From an uncultured Spirochaetota bacterium (lineage in GTDB: Bacteria; Spirochaetota; Spirochaetia; SZUA-6; CAVTHK01), in assembly GCA_963734495.1 (NCBI GenBank), contig CAVTHK010000011.1:288001-352000 (forward strand): a stretch of DNA of 64,000 nucleotides. Direction: 5' to 3'. The notes under the pieces are model-generated. The model was not told the origin of the DNA and ran no database searches. It saw only the letters and a program-made list of their open reading frames with translations. Positions 27,680 through 38,008 of this stretch are shown here, piece by piece. Position numbers and translations under genes: made by a program. The first letter of the stretch is position 1; every line of letters starts with the position of its first letter.

Positions 27680-28678
27680 ATGAGAAGGATCTTCGCGGTC
27701 GCAGTGGGCGTGCTCGCGCTGGCTGCGCTGGCGTTCGCCGGGGGCGGCGGCGAGAAGAAGACGGCGGGCGAGTTCAAGGTCGCCGCGGTCTTCCAGACCG
27801 CCATCGAGGAGCCGTGGGACGGCGTCATCCACCAGGCATGCCTCAAGGCGCAGAAGGAGCTCGGCATCAAGTACGAGTTCGCGGAGAAGGTCGCCGCGGC
27901 GGACTTCGAGAAGGTGCTGCGCGAGTACGCGGAGCGCGGCTTCGACCTGATCGTCGGCGATGCCTTCCTGGCCGGCGAGGAGCCCTCGCGCCGCGTGGCC
28001 AAGGACTATCCGAAGATCGCGTTCGCCTTTGGCAGCGAGTTCGGGCCCGTGGCGCCCAACTACGCGGTGTTCGACAACTGGATCCACGAGCCCGCCTACC
28101 TCTGCGGCGTGATCGCGGGCCGCGTGACGAAGAAGAACGTGCTCGGCGTCGTGGCTGCCATCCCGATCGGCGAGGTCAACCGCCTGGTCAACGCGTTCAA
28201 GGCCGGCGCCCAGTCGGTCAACAAGAACGTCAAGGTCAAGGTGGCCTACATCGGGAGCTGGTTCGATCCGCCCAAGGCCAAGGAAGCGGCCCTGGCGCAG
28301 ATCGAGGCCGGAGCCGACCTCATCTACGCCGAGCGCTTCGGCGTCTTCGAGGCGGCCAAGGAGAAGAAGGTCCTCGCATTCGGCAACATGTCCGACCAGA
28401 GCTCGCTCGCTCCCGACACCGTCATCACCGGTCCCGTCTGGAACATGTACCCGACGATCGTCTACCTCATCGACTCCGTGAAGAAGGGCGCCTTTACCGC
28501 GCAGGACCTCAAGGACTGGTCGATGATGGCGAAGGGCGGGGCGAGCCTCGCGCCGCTGCACGGCTTCGAGCAGAAGGCGCCACCCGCCGTGCTCACCGAG
28601 GTGCGCGACCTGGAGAAGAAGATCATGGCCGGCACGCTGCGCGTGCCCATCGACGAGACTCCGGCCACCTCCGACTGA
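27680..28678 (+). CDS. BMP-family ABC substrate-binding protein (nucleoside-type)
   Basis: EPAYL.G..AG, GSWFDPPKAKEAA, GAD. Confidence 0.92.
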   Translation: MRRIFAVAVGVLALAALAFAGGGGEKKTAGEFKVAAVFQTAIEEPWDGVIHQACLKAQKELGIKYEFAEKVAAADFEKVLREYAERGFDLIVGDAFLAGEEPSRRVAKDYPKIAFAFGSEFGPVAPNYAVFDNWIHEPAYLCGVIAGRVTKKNVLGVVAAIPIGEVNRLVNAFKAGAQSVNKNVKVKVAYIGSWFDPPKAKEAALAQIEAGADLIYAERFGVFEAAKEKKVLAFGNMSDQSSLAPDTVITGPVWNMYPTIVYLIDSVKKGAFTAQDLKDWSMMAKGGASLAPLHGFEQKAPPAVLTEVRDLEKKIMAGTLRVPIDETPATSD

Positions 28679-28697
28679 TCCGAGAGCATCGCGGCCC

Positions 28698-30233
28698 ATG
28701 GCCGTCGACTCCGCCGGCGCGGGCGCCTCGCCCGCGCCGATCGTCGAGATGCGCGGGATCACCAAGCGCTTTCTCGACGTGACCGCCAACGACGGGGTGG
28801 ACTTTCTCCTCTACCCCGGCGAGATCTGCGCGCTGTTAGGCGAGAACGGCGCGGGCAAGACCACCCTGATGAACGTCCTCTTCGGCTACTACGCCCCGGA
28901 CGCCGGCGAGATCCGGCTCCGGGGCGAAGCGGCCGCCCTCGCCGCGCCCCGCGACGCGATCGCCGCCGGCGTCGCGATGATCCACCAGCACTTCACGCTG
29001 GTCCCGGTGCAGACCGTGCTCGAGAACGTCGTGATCGGGACCGGGCGCGGCCTGTTCCTCGACCTGCGGGCCGCGCGCAGGCGCCTCATGGACCTCGCGG
29101 GCCGCTTTGGCCTCGCGGTCGACCCGGACTCCCGCGTGTGGACGCTGTCGGTGGGCGAGCAGCAGCGCGTCGAGATCCTGAAGGCGCTGTACCGCGACGC
29201 GCAGATCCTGATCATGGACGAGCCCACGGCGGTGCTCACGCCGGGCGAGGTGAAGCAGCTCTTCGCGACGCTGCGCATCCTGGTCCGCGAGGGTCGGTCG
29301 GTCGTCTTTATCACGCACAAGCTCAACGAGGTCATGGAAGTCGCCGACCGGGTCGTGGTCCTCCGCGCGGGCCGCGTCGCCGCGGAGCGGCGCACTTCGG
29401 AGACGAGCCGGCGGGAGCTCGCGAACCTCATGGTCGGCCGCGACGTGCTCGAGCGGCTGGAGAAGCGCCCGATGGCCGCGGGCGAGGCGCGCCTGGAGAT
29501 CCTCGGGCTTTCGGTGCGCGGGGACCGGGGGCTCGAGGCCGTCCGCGACTTGCGCCTCACTGTGCATTCCGGCGAGATCGTCGGCCTCGCCGGGGTGTCG
29601 GGCAACGGGCAGCGCGAGCTCGCCGACGCGCTCTTCGGCCTGCGGGCGCGCGCGGCGGGCACGGTGCGGGTGGGCGGCGCGACGCTGCCCGCGGCGAGCC
29701 CGGCCGCGGCCGTGGCAGCGCGGATGGCGCGCGTGCCCGAGGACCGCATGGAGACCGGGCTCGTGATGGATCTCTCGGTGCAGGAGAACCTGGTGCTCGA
29801 GCGCCATGCCTCGAGCGATCTCGCGAGGGGCGGGCTCCTGCGCCGCCCGGCCATCGGGGCCTTCGCCGGGCGGCTCATCGGCGAGTACTCGATCAGGGCC
29901 GCAGGCCGGGACGCGGCGGTCAAGACGCTTTCCGGCGGCAACCTTCAGAAGCTGATCCTCGCCCGCGAGCTTTCCGGCGCTCCCGCGGTCGTGGTCGCCG
30001 CGCAGCCCACACGGGGCCTGGACGTCGGGGCGGCCGAGTACGTGCACAAGCGGCTTCTCGCCGAGAGGGAGCGCGGCGCCGCGATCCTTGTGATCTCCGA
30101 CGACCTCGACGAGATCTTCGCCCTCTCGGACCGCATCGCGGTGCTCTACGAAGGCGCCATCGTGGGCGAGGCGGCCGCGGACGCGACGACTCGCGAGCAG
30201 GTAGGGCTCTGGATGAGCGGGGTGCGCGGATGA
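28698..30233 (+). CDS. Nucleoside/sugar ABC ATP-binding protein (dual domain)
   Basis: GENGAGKT, LSVGEQQRVEI, LSGGNLQK, QPTRGLD. Confidence 0.95.
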   Translation: MAVDSAGAGASPAPIVEMRGITKRFLDVTANDGVDFLLYPGEICALLGENGAGKTTLMNVLFGYYAPDAGEIRLRGEAAALAAPRDAIAAGVAMIHQHFTLVPVQTVLENVVIGTGRGLFLDLRAARRRLMDLAGRFGLAVDPDSRVWTLSVGEQQRVEILKALYRDAQILIMDEPTAVLTPGEVKQLFATLRILVREGRSVVFITHKLNEVMEVADRVVVLRAGRVAAERRTSETSRRELANLMVGRDVLERLEKRPMAAGEARLEILGLSVRGDRGLEAVRDLRLTVHSGEIVGLAGVSGNGQRELADALFGLRARAAGTVRVGGATLPAASPAAAVAARMARVPEDRMETGLVMDLSVQENLVLERHASSDLARGGLLRRPAIGAFAGRLIGEYSIRAAGRDAAVKTLSGGNLQKLILARELSGAPAVVVAAQPTRGLDVGAAEYVHKRLLAERERGAAILVISDDLDEIFALSDRIAVLYEGAIVGEAAADATTREQVGLWMSGVRG

Positions 30234-31330
30234 TGAGGCTCGACGTCACGAGGCGCGAGCCCCTGCCGGGCTGGGGCCGCGCGCTGCTCTCGTTGGGGGC
30301 GGTGCTCGTCACGCTCGCGCTCTCGGCCATCCCGATTCTCGCCGCGGGCGGGGACCTCGGCAAGTCGTACTACTACCTGTTCCGGGGCGCGCTGGGCACC
30401 CGCTTCAACCTCCTCGAGACCCTGGTCAAAGCGAGCCCCCTGACGTTCGTCGGGCTGGCGGTCGCGTTCGCGTTCCGCGCCCGCTTCTGGAACATCGGCG
30501 CCGAAGGGCAGCTCCTGGCCGGAGCCATCGCCGCGACGTGGGTGGGGATCAACGGGGGCGGCACGCCCGCGTTCGTGCTGCTGCCGCTGGTCATCGCCGC
30601 CGGGTTCGCGGCCGGAGGTCTCTGGGCCTCGGTGCCGGCGCTGCTGAAGACGCGGCTCAAGGTGGACGACGTCGTCTCGAGCCTGCTGCTGAACTACGTG
30701 ATGATCCACCTGATGGGCACGCTGCTCTTCGGCCCGCTGCAGCAGCCGGGTTCGAGCTGGCCGCGCTCGCCCGAGATCGTGGCTGCCGCGCGCTACCCCG
30801 TGCTCATCGCGCGCTCGCGCTTCCACCTCGGCGTGCCGCTGGCGCTGCTCGCCGCGGCCGCGGTGTGGTTCGTGAACGCGCGGACCGTCTTCGGCTACAG
30901 GGCGAAAGCCGTGGGCGCCGGCCCGCGGGCCGCGCACTTCGGCGGCATCCCGACGGAGAGCGTGCTGCTGACGACGGCCTTTGTCTCCGGCGGGCTCGCG
31001 GGCCTGGCCGGGGTCGGCGAGCTCTGCGCGATCCACTTCCACCTGCTCATGGACATCTCGCCCGGCTACGGCTACACCGGCATCGTCATCGCCATGCTCG
31101 GGGCGCTGCATCCGGTCGGGGTGGTGCTCGCGTCGCTCTTTTTCAGCATCATCATCGTCGGCGCCCAGACCATGAGCCGCATGACGGGCGTCCCCGTTTA
31201 CATCGTCGAGGTGATCCAGGGGCTCGCGCTGATGGTGATGCTGGTCTTTATGCTGCTCGCGGAGTACCGCGTGCGGCTCGCCCGGCCGGGCGCCGGCGCC
31301 GCCGGCGCGACCGCGGAGGCCAAGGCGTGA
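30230..31330 (+). CDS. Nucleoside-type ABC permease
   Basis: WNIGAEGQ, SGGLAGLAG, GYGYTGI. Confidence 0.92.
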   Translation: MMRLDVTRREPLPGWGRALLSLGAVLVTLALSAIPILAAGGDLGKSYYYLFRGALGTRFNLLETLVKASPLTFVGLAVAFAFRARFWNIGAEGQLLAGAIAATWVGINGGGTPAFVLLPLVIAAGFAAGGLWASVPALLKTRLKVDDVVSSLLLNYVMIHLMGTLLFGPLQQPGSSWPRSPEIVAAARYPVLIARSRFHLGVPLALLAAAAVWFVNARTVFGYRAKAVGAGPRAAHFGGIPTESVLLTTAFVSGGLAGLAGVGELCAIHFHLLMDISPGYGYTGIVIAMLGALHPVGVVLASLFFSIIIVGAQTMSRMTGVPVYIVEVIQGLALMVMLVFMLLAEYRVRLARPGAGAAGATAEAKA

Positions 31331-32274
31331 GCGGCGAAGCCATCGGGGCGTTCGTTACGGGGCTCCTCGGCGCCGCGATGCGGATGGCGACGCCGATCAT
31401 CCTCGCGACGCTCGGCGAGATCCTCGTGGAGCGCAGCGGCGTCCTCAACCTCGGCATCGAGGGCATCATGCTGATGGGGGCGATGAGCGGGTTCCTCGTG
31501 ACCTTCGCCACCGGCTCGGTCTGGACGGGGTTCGCCGCGGCCGCGGTCGTCGGTGTCCTCTTCGGGCTGCTGATGGCGGTGCTCGCGGTGCACCTCGGCC
31601 TGAGCCAGCACGTGTCGGGCCTCGGCCTCACGCTGTTCGCCACCGGCCTGGCGATGTTCGTCTACAGGCTGCGCTTCGGCTCGCCGACGGTGCCGCCGAC
31701 CGTGACGCCCCTCGAGCCGGTCGCGCTCCCGCTGCTCTCGCGGCTGCCCGTGATCGGCCAGGGCCTCTTTACGCAGTACTCGCTGACCTATGTCGCCTGG
31801 CTGCTGATCCCGATCGTCGCGCTGCTGCTCTACCGCACGAGGGTCGGGCTCGCGATCCGCACCGTCGGCGAGAACCCGCTCGCGGCCGACACCGTCGGCG
31901 TGAACGTGAACGCGCTCCGCACCGCCTGCCTCGCGGTCGGCGGCGCGCTCATGGGGATCGGGGGCGCGTTCCTCACCCTCGCGCACCAGAACATGTTCCT
32001 CATCGACGTGATCGGCGGCAGGGGCTGGATCAGCATCGCGATGGTGATCTTCGGCAACTGGGACCCGCTCAAGGCGTCGCTCGGCGCGCTCCTGTTCGGG
32101 CTTCTCGACGGGCTGCAGCTCAGGCTCCAGGGAGTCGGCCTTCACCTTCCCTTCGACCTCTTTCTCATGGTGCCCTACGTCGTGACCGTGCTCGCCCTCA
32201 TCGGCGTCTCGCGCCGGGCAGGCGTGCCTGCGGCGCTGCTCAAGCCGTACCGGCGCGAGGAGCGCGGCGGGTAG
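31327..32274 (+). CDS. Nucleoside-type ABC permease
   Basis: ERSGVLNLGIEGIM, GENP, GRGWI, PY. Confidence 0.92.
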   Translation: MSGEAIGAFVTGLLGAAMRMATPIILATLGEILVERSGVLNLGIEGIMLMGAMSGFLVTFATGSVWTGFAAAAVVGVLFGLLMAVLAVHLGLSQHVSGLGLTLFATGLAMFVYRLRFGSPTVPPTVTPLEPVALPLLSRLPVIGQGLFTQYSLTYVAWLLIPIVALLLYRTRVGLAIRTVGENPLAADTVGVNVNALRTACLAVGGALMGIGGAFLTLAHQNMFLIDVIGGRGWISIAMVIFGNWDPLKASLGALLFGLLDGLQLRLQGVGLHLPFDLFLMVPYVVTVLALIGVSRRAGVPAALLKPYRREERGG

Positions 32275-32331
32275 GGCGCCGCGCGGTCCGGCGGCCGCAA
32301 TCGAGGCCACGGATTGCCTCGGGACAATGAC

Positions 32332-32360
32332 TTGCATTCAGGTTACGAATTATGTAACCT
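32332..32360 (+). promoter_or_regulatory. abiE promoter with overlapping inverted repeat (candidate autorepression operator)
   Basis: TTGCAT-N17-TAACCT, overlapped by AGGTTAC-N7-GTAACCT. Confidence 0.7.
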
Positions 32361-32368
32361 TGCTGTAA

Positions 32369-33025
32369 GTGCAGACGCTGACCGAAGACCTGTTTCGCCT
32401 CCAGCCCGCTGGCGGGCTTCTTGACGAAACGGTAGTTGCCAACCTCCATCCCGACCTCTCGGCAGGCGCCCGCAAGCAACTCGTCCACAGGGCGGTGAGC
32501 CGGGGAGAGGTCCTGCGTCTCAGGCCGGGCCTGTTCCTGCTGGCGCCCGAATACCGAAAGACGCACCCGCACCCTTTTGTCGTGGCCGGCTTCCTGCACA
32601 GCCCGTCGCACGTCAGCCTGGAGTCTGCGCTGGCTTATCACGGCCTCATCCCGGAGGCAGTGTACCAGGTCGGCAGCGTGACGATCGCGCGCTCCCGATC
32701 CTTTACGACACCGGTTGGCGTCTTCACGTTCCAGCGGGTGCCCACCTCGATGCCGCGAGCCGGCGTCGAGGCCGTCGAGGTTGCGCGGGACGCGTGGGCC
32801 TTTGTGGCGACTCCCCTGCGCGCGGTGGCGGACCTCGTCTATCTCGACAGGACGGTGCGCTGGGACGCCGACGGTCTCGGTTACCTCACGGAGTCGTTGA
32901 GGATCGACAGGCAGGATCTCGCGAACCTCTCCTTCGACCGCTGGGCGGAGATCCACGAGGCATTCCGCGACGCAAGAACGCGCGAGTATCTCGAAGGCCT
33001 GAAGGAGGCGGTGGCTCATGTTTGA
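32369..33025 (+). CDS. abiEi: Type IV TA antitoxin, AbiEi family
   Basis: RLRPGLF, PSHVSLESALAYHGLIPE, ATP.RA..D; overlaps abiEii. Confidence 0.85.
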   Translation: MQTLTEDLFRLQPAGGLLDETVVANLHPDLSAGARKQLVHRAVSRGEVLRLRPGLFLLAPEYRKTHPHPFVVAGFLHSPSHVSLESALAYHGLIPEAVYQVGSVTIARSRSFTTPVGVFTFQRVPTSMPRAGVEAVEVARDAWAFVATPLRAVADLVYLDRTVRWDADGLGYLTESLRIDRQDLANLSFDRWAEIHEAFRDARTREYLEGLKEAVAHV

Positions 33026-33881
33026 CAAGGTGCTTGCCGCGAAGATCAGGGACTACGCTCCCGGGGACGCGATGGAGCAGGAGAACGTTCTCCAGGAGAT
33101 CATGCAGCAGTACGTGCTGGCCGGCCTCTCGCGTTCGGGGCTGTTTACCGAAGCGTTGTTCCACGGCGGCACATGCCTCAGGATTCTCTACGGCACCTCG
33201 CGCTTCTCCGAGGATCTGGACTTCATGCTCAAACGGCCGAGCGGCGAGTTCCGGTGGGAGCCCCATCTCGCGCGAGTCCGCAGCGACTGCGCGGCCGAAG
33301 GCATCGAGATCGAGGTCCAGGATCGCTCTCGCGCGGACAGGGCGGTGCGCGCCGCTTTTCTCAAGACAGGTTCGATCGGAAAGGTCATCGACCTCGAGCT
33401 GCCCTTCGAGCGTTACCGTGCGCGCAAGATACGGATCAAGCTCGAAATCGACACGAATCCTCCGGCCGGCTCGAGGTTCGAGACGCGCTACGTGACCTTT
33501 CCGCAGACGGCCGCGATCACGACGCAGACGCTGGAATCCGGCTTTGGCACCAAGGCTCACGCCCTTCTCTGCCGGCCGTACGTCAAAGGGCGCGACTGGT
33601 ACGATTTCCTGTGGTACGTGTCCCGGCGCGTCGCGCCCAACCTCGAGCTCCTCGCGAACGCGCTGAGGCAACTGGGCCGATGGGCGGGGCAGTCGGTGCC
33701 CGTGAGCCCGCGCTGGTTCGTCGATGCGATGGGCGCCGTGATCCACGGCGTGGACTGGAACAAGGCGCGCGACGACGTCAGACGCTTTCTACCGCTGCGC
33801 GAGCAGGAGTCGCTCGTGCTGTGGGGCGCCCAGCTGTTCCTGCAGCAGCTCGAGAGACTCGAGAGCTACCTGCTCGCGTGA
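33018..33881 (+). CDS. abiEii: Type IV TA toxin, AbiEii/AbiGii nucleotidyltransferase
   Basis: FHGGTCLR, RFSEDLDF, K.HA, KGRDWYD. Confidence 0.92.
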   Translation: MFDKVLAAKIRDYAPGDAMEQENVLQEIMQQYVLAGLSRSGLFTEALFHGGTCLRILYGTSRFSEDLDFMLKRPSGEFRWEPHLARVRSDCAAEGIEIEVQDRSRADRAVRAAFLKTGSIGKVIDLELPFERYRARKIRIKLEIDTNPPAGSRFETRYVTFPQTAAITTQTLESGFGTKAHALLCRPYVKGRDWYDFLWYVSRRVAPNLELLANALRQLGRWAGQSVPVSPRWFVDAMGAVIHGVDWNKARDDVRRFLPLREQESLVLWGAQLFLQQLERLESYLLA

Positions 33882-33954
33882 ACGGGCATGTGCCAAGGCG
33901 GGCAGCAGGCGCGCATGGCCGGCGCCGGTGACGCCGGGGACTGACGGCGTCCTC

Positions 33955-34010
33955 GTGCGCGCGGGACAGGGGAGGCGCGCGGGACAGTGCGCGCGGGACA
34001 GGGGAGGCGC
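33955..34010. repeat. Intergenic direct repeat (two 24-bp copies, 32-bp period)
   Basis: GTGCGCGCGGGACAGGGGAGGCGC at 33955 and 33987, with a third GCGCGGGACAG core between them. Confidence 0.85.
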
Positions 34011-34098
34011 ACGTGCGGTACACTCCGACGGTGCGGGACCGGACGCGCAGGACGAGTTCAGCGTCCCCGTGACGATCCTGCCAGACAAGGAGAAAACC

Positions 34099-35561
34099 GT
34101 GTCCGTTTCCCAGCCCTTGCCCCGCTCGGAGCCCGAGGACGTGGGCATTCCCTCGTCCGCGGTGACGAGCTTTGTCGACGCCCTCGGACGCAGCGGACAG
34201 GAGGTCCACTCCTTCATGCTCCTCCGTCGCGGTGCGGTGGCGGCGGAGGCGTGGTGGAAGCCCTATGCCCCGGACCTCCCCCACATGCTCTTCTCGCTGA
34301 GCAAGAGCTTCACGTCTACCGCCGTCGGCCTCGCGGTGAGCGAGCGGCTCCTGTCCGTCGACGACCCGGTGCTCCGGTTCTTCCCCGAGCAGGCCCCCAG
34401 GCGCCCCTCGAAGAACCTCGAGGCCATGCGTGTCCGGCACCTGCTGACCATGTCCACGGGTCACGAGAAGGACTGCCTGGATCGGATGATGCGCGGGAGG
34501 AGCCGCGACTGGGTGCGCCGCATCCTGTCCCTCAAGGTGGAGCGGGAGCCCGGCTCCCTGTTCGTCTACAACAGCGGGGCCAGCTACCTGCTTTCGGCCA
34601 TCGTGCAGAAAGTCACGGGGCAGCGCCTCGTGGAGTACCTCGCGCCCCGGCTGTTCGAGCCGCTGGGCATCGAAGGAGCCGCGTGGGAGACCTGCCCGCT
34701 GGGCATCAACACCGGCGGCTGGGGGCTCTCCCTGACGACGGAGGACATCGCGAAGTTCGGCCTCCTCTACCTGCGCAAGGGACTGTGGGGCGGACGGCGC
34801 CTGCTCACCGAGGCATGGGTCGACGAGGCGACGCGCGAGCCAGATCTCCAACGCCGGCGGCGACAAGATCGACTGGACGCCAGGGGTACGGGTACCAGTT
34901 CTGGCGCTGCCGTCACGGGGCCTATCGCGGCGACGGAGCCTTTGGCCAGTTCTGCGTTGTGATGCCGGGCGAGGACGCGGTGCTCGCCATGACCAGCGGC
35001 GCGCAGAACATGCAGGCGATCCTCGACGCCGCGTGGGACACGCTGCTGCCCGCGATGAGCGACGGGGTCAAGGCAGTGCGGAAGCGGCAGCGGGAGCTGA
35101 GAAAGGCCTTGCGTTCCCTCAAGCTCGATCCGCCGCCTTTCCGCGACGACCCCGCGGCTTCGGCGGACATCGACGGCGCGACTTACGAGCTGGAGGCAAA
35201 CGACGCGAAGCTGCGCTCGATCGCCTTTTCGTTCTCCCGCGGGAAGCTGGTCCTCAAGCTGCGGGGACGCCGCACGAACACCTACCGCTGCGGAGCCGGC
35301 CGATGGGCGCCGGGGAAGGCCCGCATGGAGGATTCGCGCGATCCCTCGCGGCGACCCGTGCGGTGCGCCTACCGCTGGACGGAGCGCGGCGAGCTGGAGG
35401 TCACCATCAGGGCCATTGCCACGCCCTTCCGCACGACCTGCCGATGCCGGTTTGCCGGGGACGGCGTCGAGGTCAGCCTCGCGCAGAACGTGTCCTTCGG
35501 GCCTGCGGAGCTGCCGCCCATCGCGGGCCGGCGGGTGCAGGCCTCGAAGCAGGAGCCGTGA
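34099..35561 (+). CDS. Serine hydrolase, beta-lactamase class C/esterase-like; frameshifted near 34840-34885
   Basis: FSLSKS (SxxK), LLTMSTG, F.YN, then GYGYQFW..RGDGAFGQ in a shifted frame; AAGGAG RBS. Confidence 0.88.
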
Positions 35562-36684
35562 CCGACGCTCCGCGCCGCGGGCAACAGGTGCGGGCTTGAG
35601 CCTTCAGCCGCGCGCGGGAGGCCGCGCGGATGCGCGAGGCGAGCGAGGAGAGCCGGCCGTGCCTGGCGCGGCGGGCGCCCGCGTGTCCGGAACGGAAGTC
35701 CTTGAGGAGCGCCGTGATCTTGTCGTAGACGGCGCGGGAGAACGCCTTGCCCACGAGCATCTCGAACCCGCGATCCATCTCCGCGCGCCAGAGCTTCTCG
35801 TCCTGGGGAGGAAGCGGGTCCACGACGAGCCCGTGCTCGGTCATCACGCGCAAGGCGTCGGCCTCCAGGCGCGCCGTCTCCTCGTAGAGCTTGCGCTGGG
35901 CCCGCGAAACGGCCTCGAGCATCGCGGGGCGGTACGACTCCGGGACCTGCTGCCAGACGCGGTCGCTTACGATGATCGCGCCGAGCACCGGGGCCACGCG
36001 CAGGGAGCTCATGTGACTGGCGGGGCCGAACCACTGGTAGCCGGCGGCGAGGAGGGGGGAACCGTACGCTGCGTCGACCATGCCGCTCTGGAGCGCTACC
36101 ATGGTGTCGGCGATCCCCAGCGGCACGGGATCGAAGCCCAGGCCTATCCACGCGGCCAGCAGCGCCGGCTCGCCCGTGTTCACGGCCAGCCTCATGCGCT
36201 TGAGGTCGTCGGGCACGAAGATCGGCCGGCGGGAGAAGAATCGCACCCAGCCCGCCTTCTCCATCGCGAGGACGCTGAGGCCGTGCTTCTCGAGCTCGGC
36301 GACGAAGCCCGGTTCCGTTTTTGCAAGCACGTAATCGAGCTCGTCTTCGGTCTCGATGAGGAACGGCGTCGAGAGCGCGAGAATATCAGGGACGATCTGG
36401 TTCAGGGCCAGCGATGTGACGGCCGCCCCCTGGAGCTGGCCGATCCTGATCTTCCGCAGCATGTCCGGCTCATCGCCGGCGATCCCGCCCATATAGGTCT
36501 TGAGCTGGACCTGCCCTCCGGTGATCCGGATCCAGTCCGCGGCGATGCCGCGCAGCGCGTTGTCCCACGGCGAGCCGATCGGCGCCACGCTGCCGATCTT
36601 GATCGTGAGACCCCATCCCTGCGCCGCTCCCAGCGCGGCCGCGAAAGCAGCGGCCAGGGCGGCGTATCTCCGTCGTGCGGTCAC
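35473..36684 (-). CDS. dctP: Second TPAT-type DctP binding protein; true 3' end probably near 35690
   Basis: IKIGSVAPIGSPW and GIAGDEPDMLRKIRIGQL; paralogue of 5269..6276. Confidence 0.85.
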   Translation of the reverse strand: MTARRRYAALAAAFAAALGAAQGWGLTIKIGSVAPIGSPWDNALRGIAADWIRITGGQVQLKTYMGGIAGDEPDMLRKIRIGQLQGAAVTSLALNQIVPDILALSTPFLIETEDELDYVLAKTEPGFVAELEKHGLSVLAMEKAGWVRFFSRRPIFVPDDLKRMRLAVNTGEPALLAAWIGLGFDPVPLGIADTMVALQSGMVDAAYGSPLLAAGYQWFGPASHMSSLRVAPVLGAIIVSDRVWQQVPESYRPAMLEAVSRAQRKLYEETARLEADALRVMTEHGLVVDPLPPQDEKLWRAEMDRGFEMLVGKAFSRAVYDKITALLKDFRSGHAGARRARHGRLSSLASRIRAASRARLKAQARTCCPRRGASVTAPASRPAPAGPRWAAAPQARRTRSARG

Positions 36685-36808
36685 CTTTCCTCCAGCATAG
36701 ACGATACCGCTTGCAACACCGCACCGGCGACAGCCCGCCACCGGAGGACCAGCGGGCGCGCCGCCGCTTGCGACACGGGGTTTGCGCCGGAGGGCCCGAT
36801 GCCGCCCG

Positions 36809-37955
36809 CTACTGCCAGGCGAGCGAGCCGTCCTCGCGGAAGTTGAAGGGGCGGCGCCACGGCTGAAACGGGTGGCGCGCCGCCGCCTTCTCGTCCAGCT
36901 CGACCCCGAGCCCGGGCGTCTCGGGGATCTCGAGGTAGCCTTTGACGAGGCGGACCGGTTCCTTGACGACCTCGCGCCTCACGCCGGCGTCGTCCGGTAT
37001 GTACTCGAGAATGATGAAGTTGGACGTGCTCGCCGCGAAGTGCACGTTGACCGCCGTGGCCACCGGCCCGCACGGGTTGTGCGGCGCGACGGTCACGTAG
37101 CTCGCCTCGGCCATGGCCGCGATCTTCTTCATCTCGAGGAGGCCGCCGGTCACGCACACGTCGGGCTGGATGATGTCCGCCGCCTGAAGGGCCAGCAGGT
37201 CGCGGAACTCGTAGCGCGTGTACAGCATCTCGCCGGTGGCTATGGGGATGCCGACGTGCTCGCGCACCTTGGCCATCGCGGGACGGTTCTCCGGACGCAC
37301 CGGCTCCTCGATGAAGAAGGGCCGCATCGGCTTGAGCGCCTCGGCCAGCTCGATCGCCAGCGCGGGCTCGAAGACCTTGGCGTGCGGGTCGAGGCCGATG
37401 TCGATCGTCGTCGCCGACAGCGCGCGCGCACGGCCTCGCAGCGCCGCACGCTCTCGGCCACCACCTTGCCCCACGGGAGGCTGCGCGTAGTCCGGCGGCA
37501 GCGGGCTCAGCTTGAGCGCGGTGTAGCCGTAGCGGTCGATCGCCTGCAGGGCGTTCTCGGCCATCTCCTCGGGCGTGCGGCCGCCCGGGTTCTGGTAGAC
37601 GCGCACCTTGTCGCGGCAGCGGCCGCCGAGCAGCCTGTAGACCGGCAGGCCGGCCGCCTTGCCCGCGATGTCCCACAGCGCGTGCTCGATGCCGCTGATC
37701 GCGGCGCCGACGACCGACCCGCCGGGAAAGCGCGAGCCCGCGAACATCAGGTGGTAGAGACGCCTCGATGTCGCGCGGGTCGCGCCCCTCCAGCCACAGC
37801 GCGAAGTCGCGGATCGCCTCGACCGTGGCCTTGTCGGGGCCGCAGGAGTAGGCCTCGCCGAGGCCCGTGATCCCTTCGTCGGTCCGCACCTGCACGAAGG
37901 GGACGTTGCGGTTGCCGAAGCTGACGAGGAGGGTGTCGATGGCGGTGATCTTCAT
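36809..37955 (-). CDS. Mandelate racemase/enolase-superfamily dehydratase (galactonate dehydratase-like), frameshifted
   Basis: TDEGITGLGE, EHALWDIAGK..G.PVY.LLGG, FIEEP, IATGE, QPDV, APHNP; indels near 37760 and 37420-37480. Confidence 0.88.
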
Positions 37956-38008
37956 TCTCGTTCCTTTCCCCGAGTCTATCAGCACGCGGCGCCCGTGATC
38001 AAACGCGC

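Noticed and set aside
33955-34010. Possible mini-CRISPR array
   Set aside because: There are only two copies, the 8-bp gap derives from the repeat itself, and no cas genes are present.
34099-35561. Beta-lactam resistance gene
   Set aside because: It is an SxxK hydrolase with no signal peptide and resembles cytoplasmic esterase/amidase-type members, so resistance is unsupported.
35473-35690. Functional C-terminal extension of the second DctP overlapping the hydrolase
   Set aside because: The tail is low-complexity Arg/Ala sequence absent from the paralogue. It is probably a lost stop or an indel.
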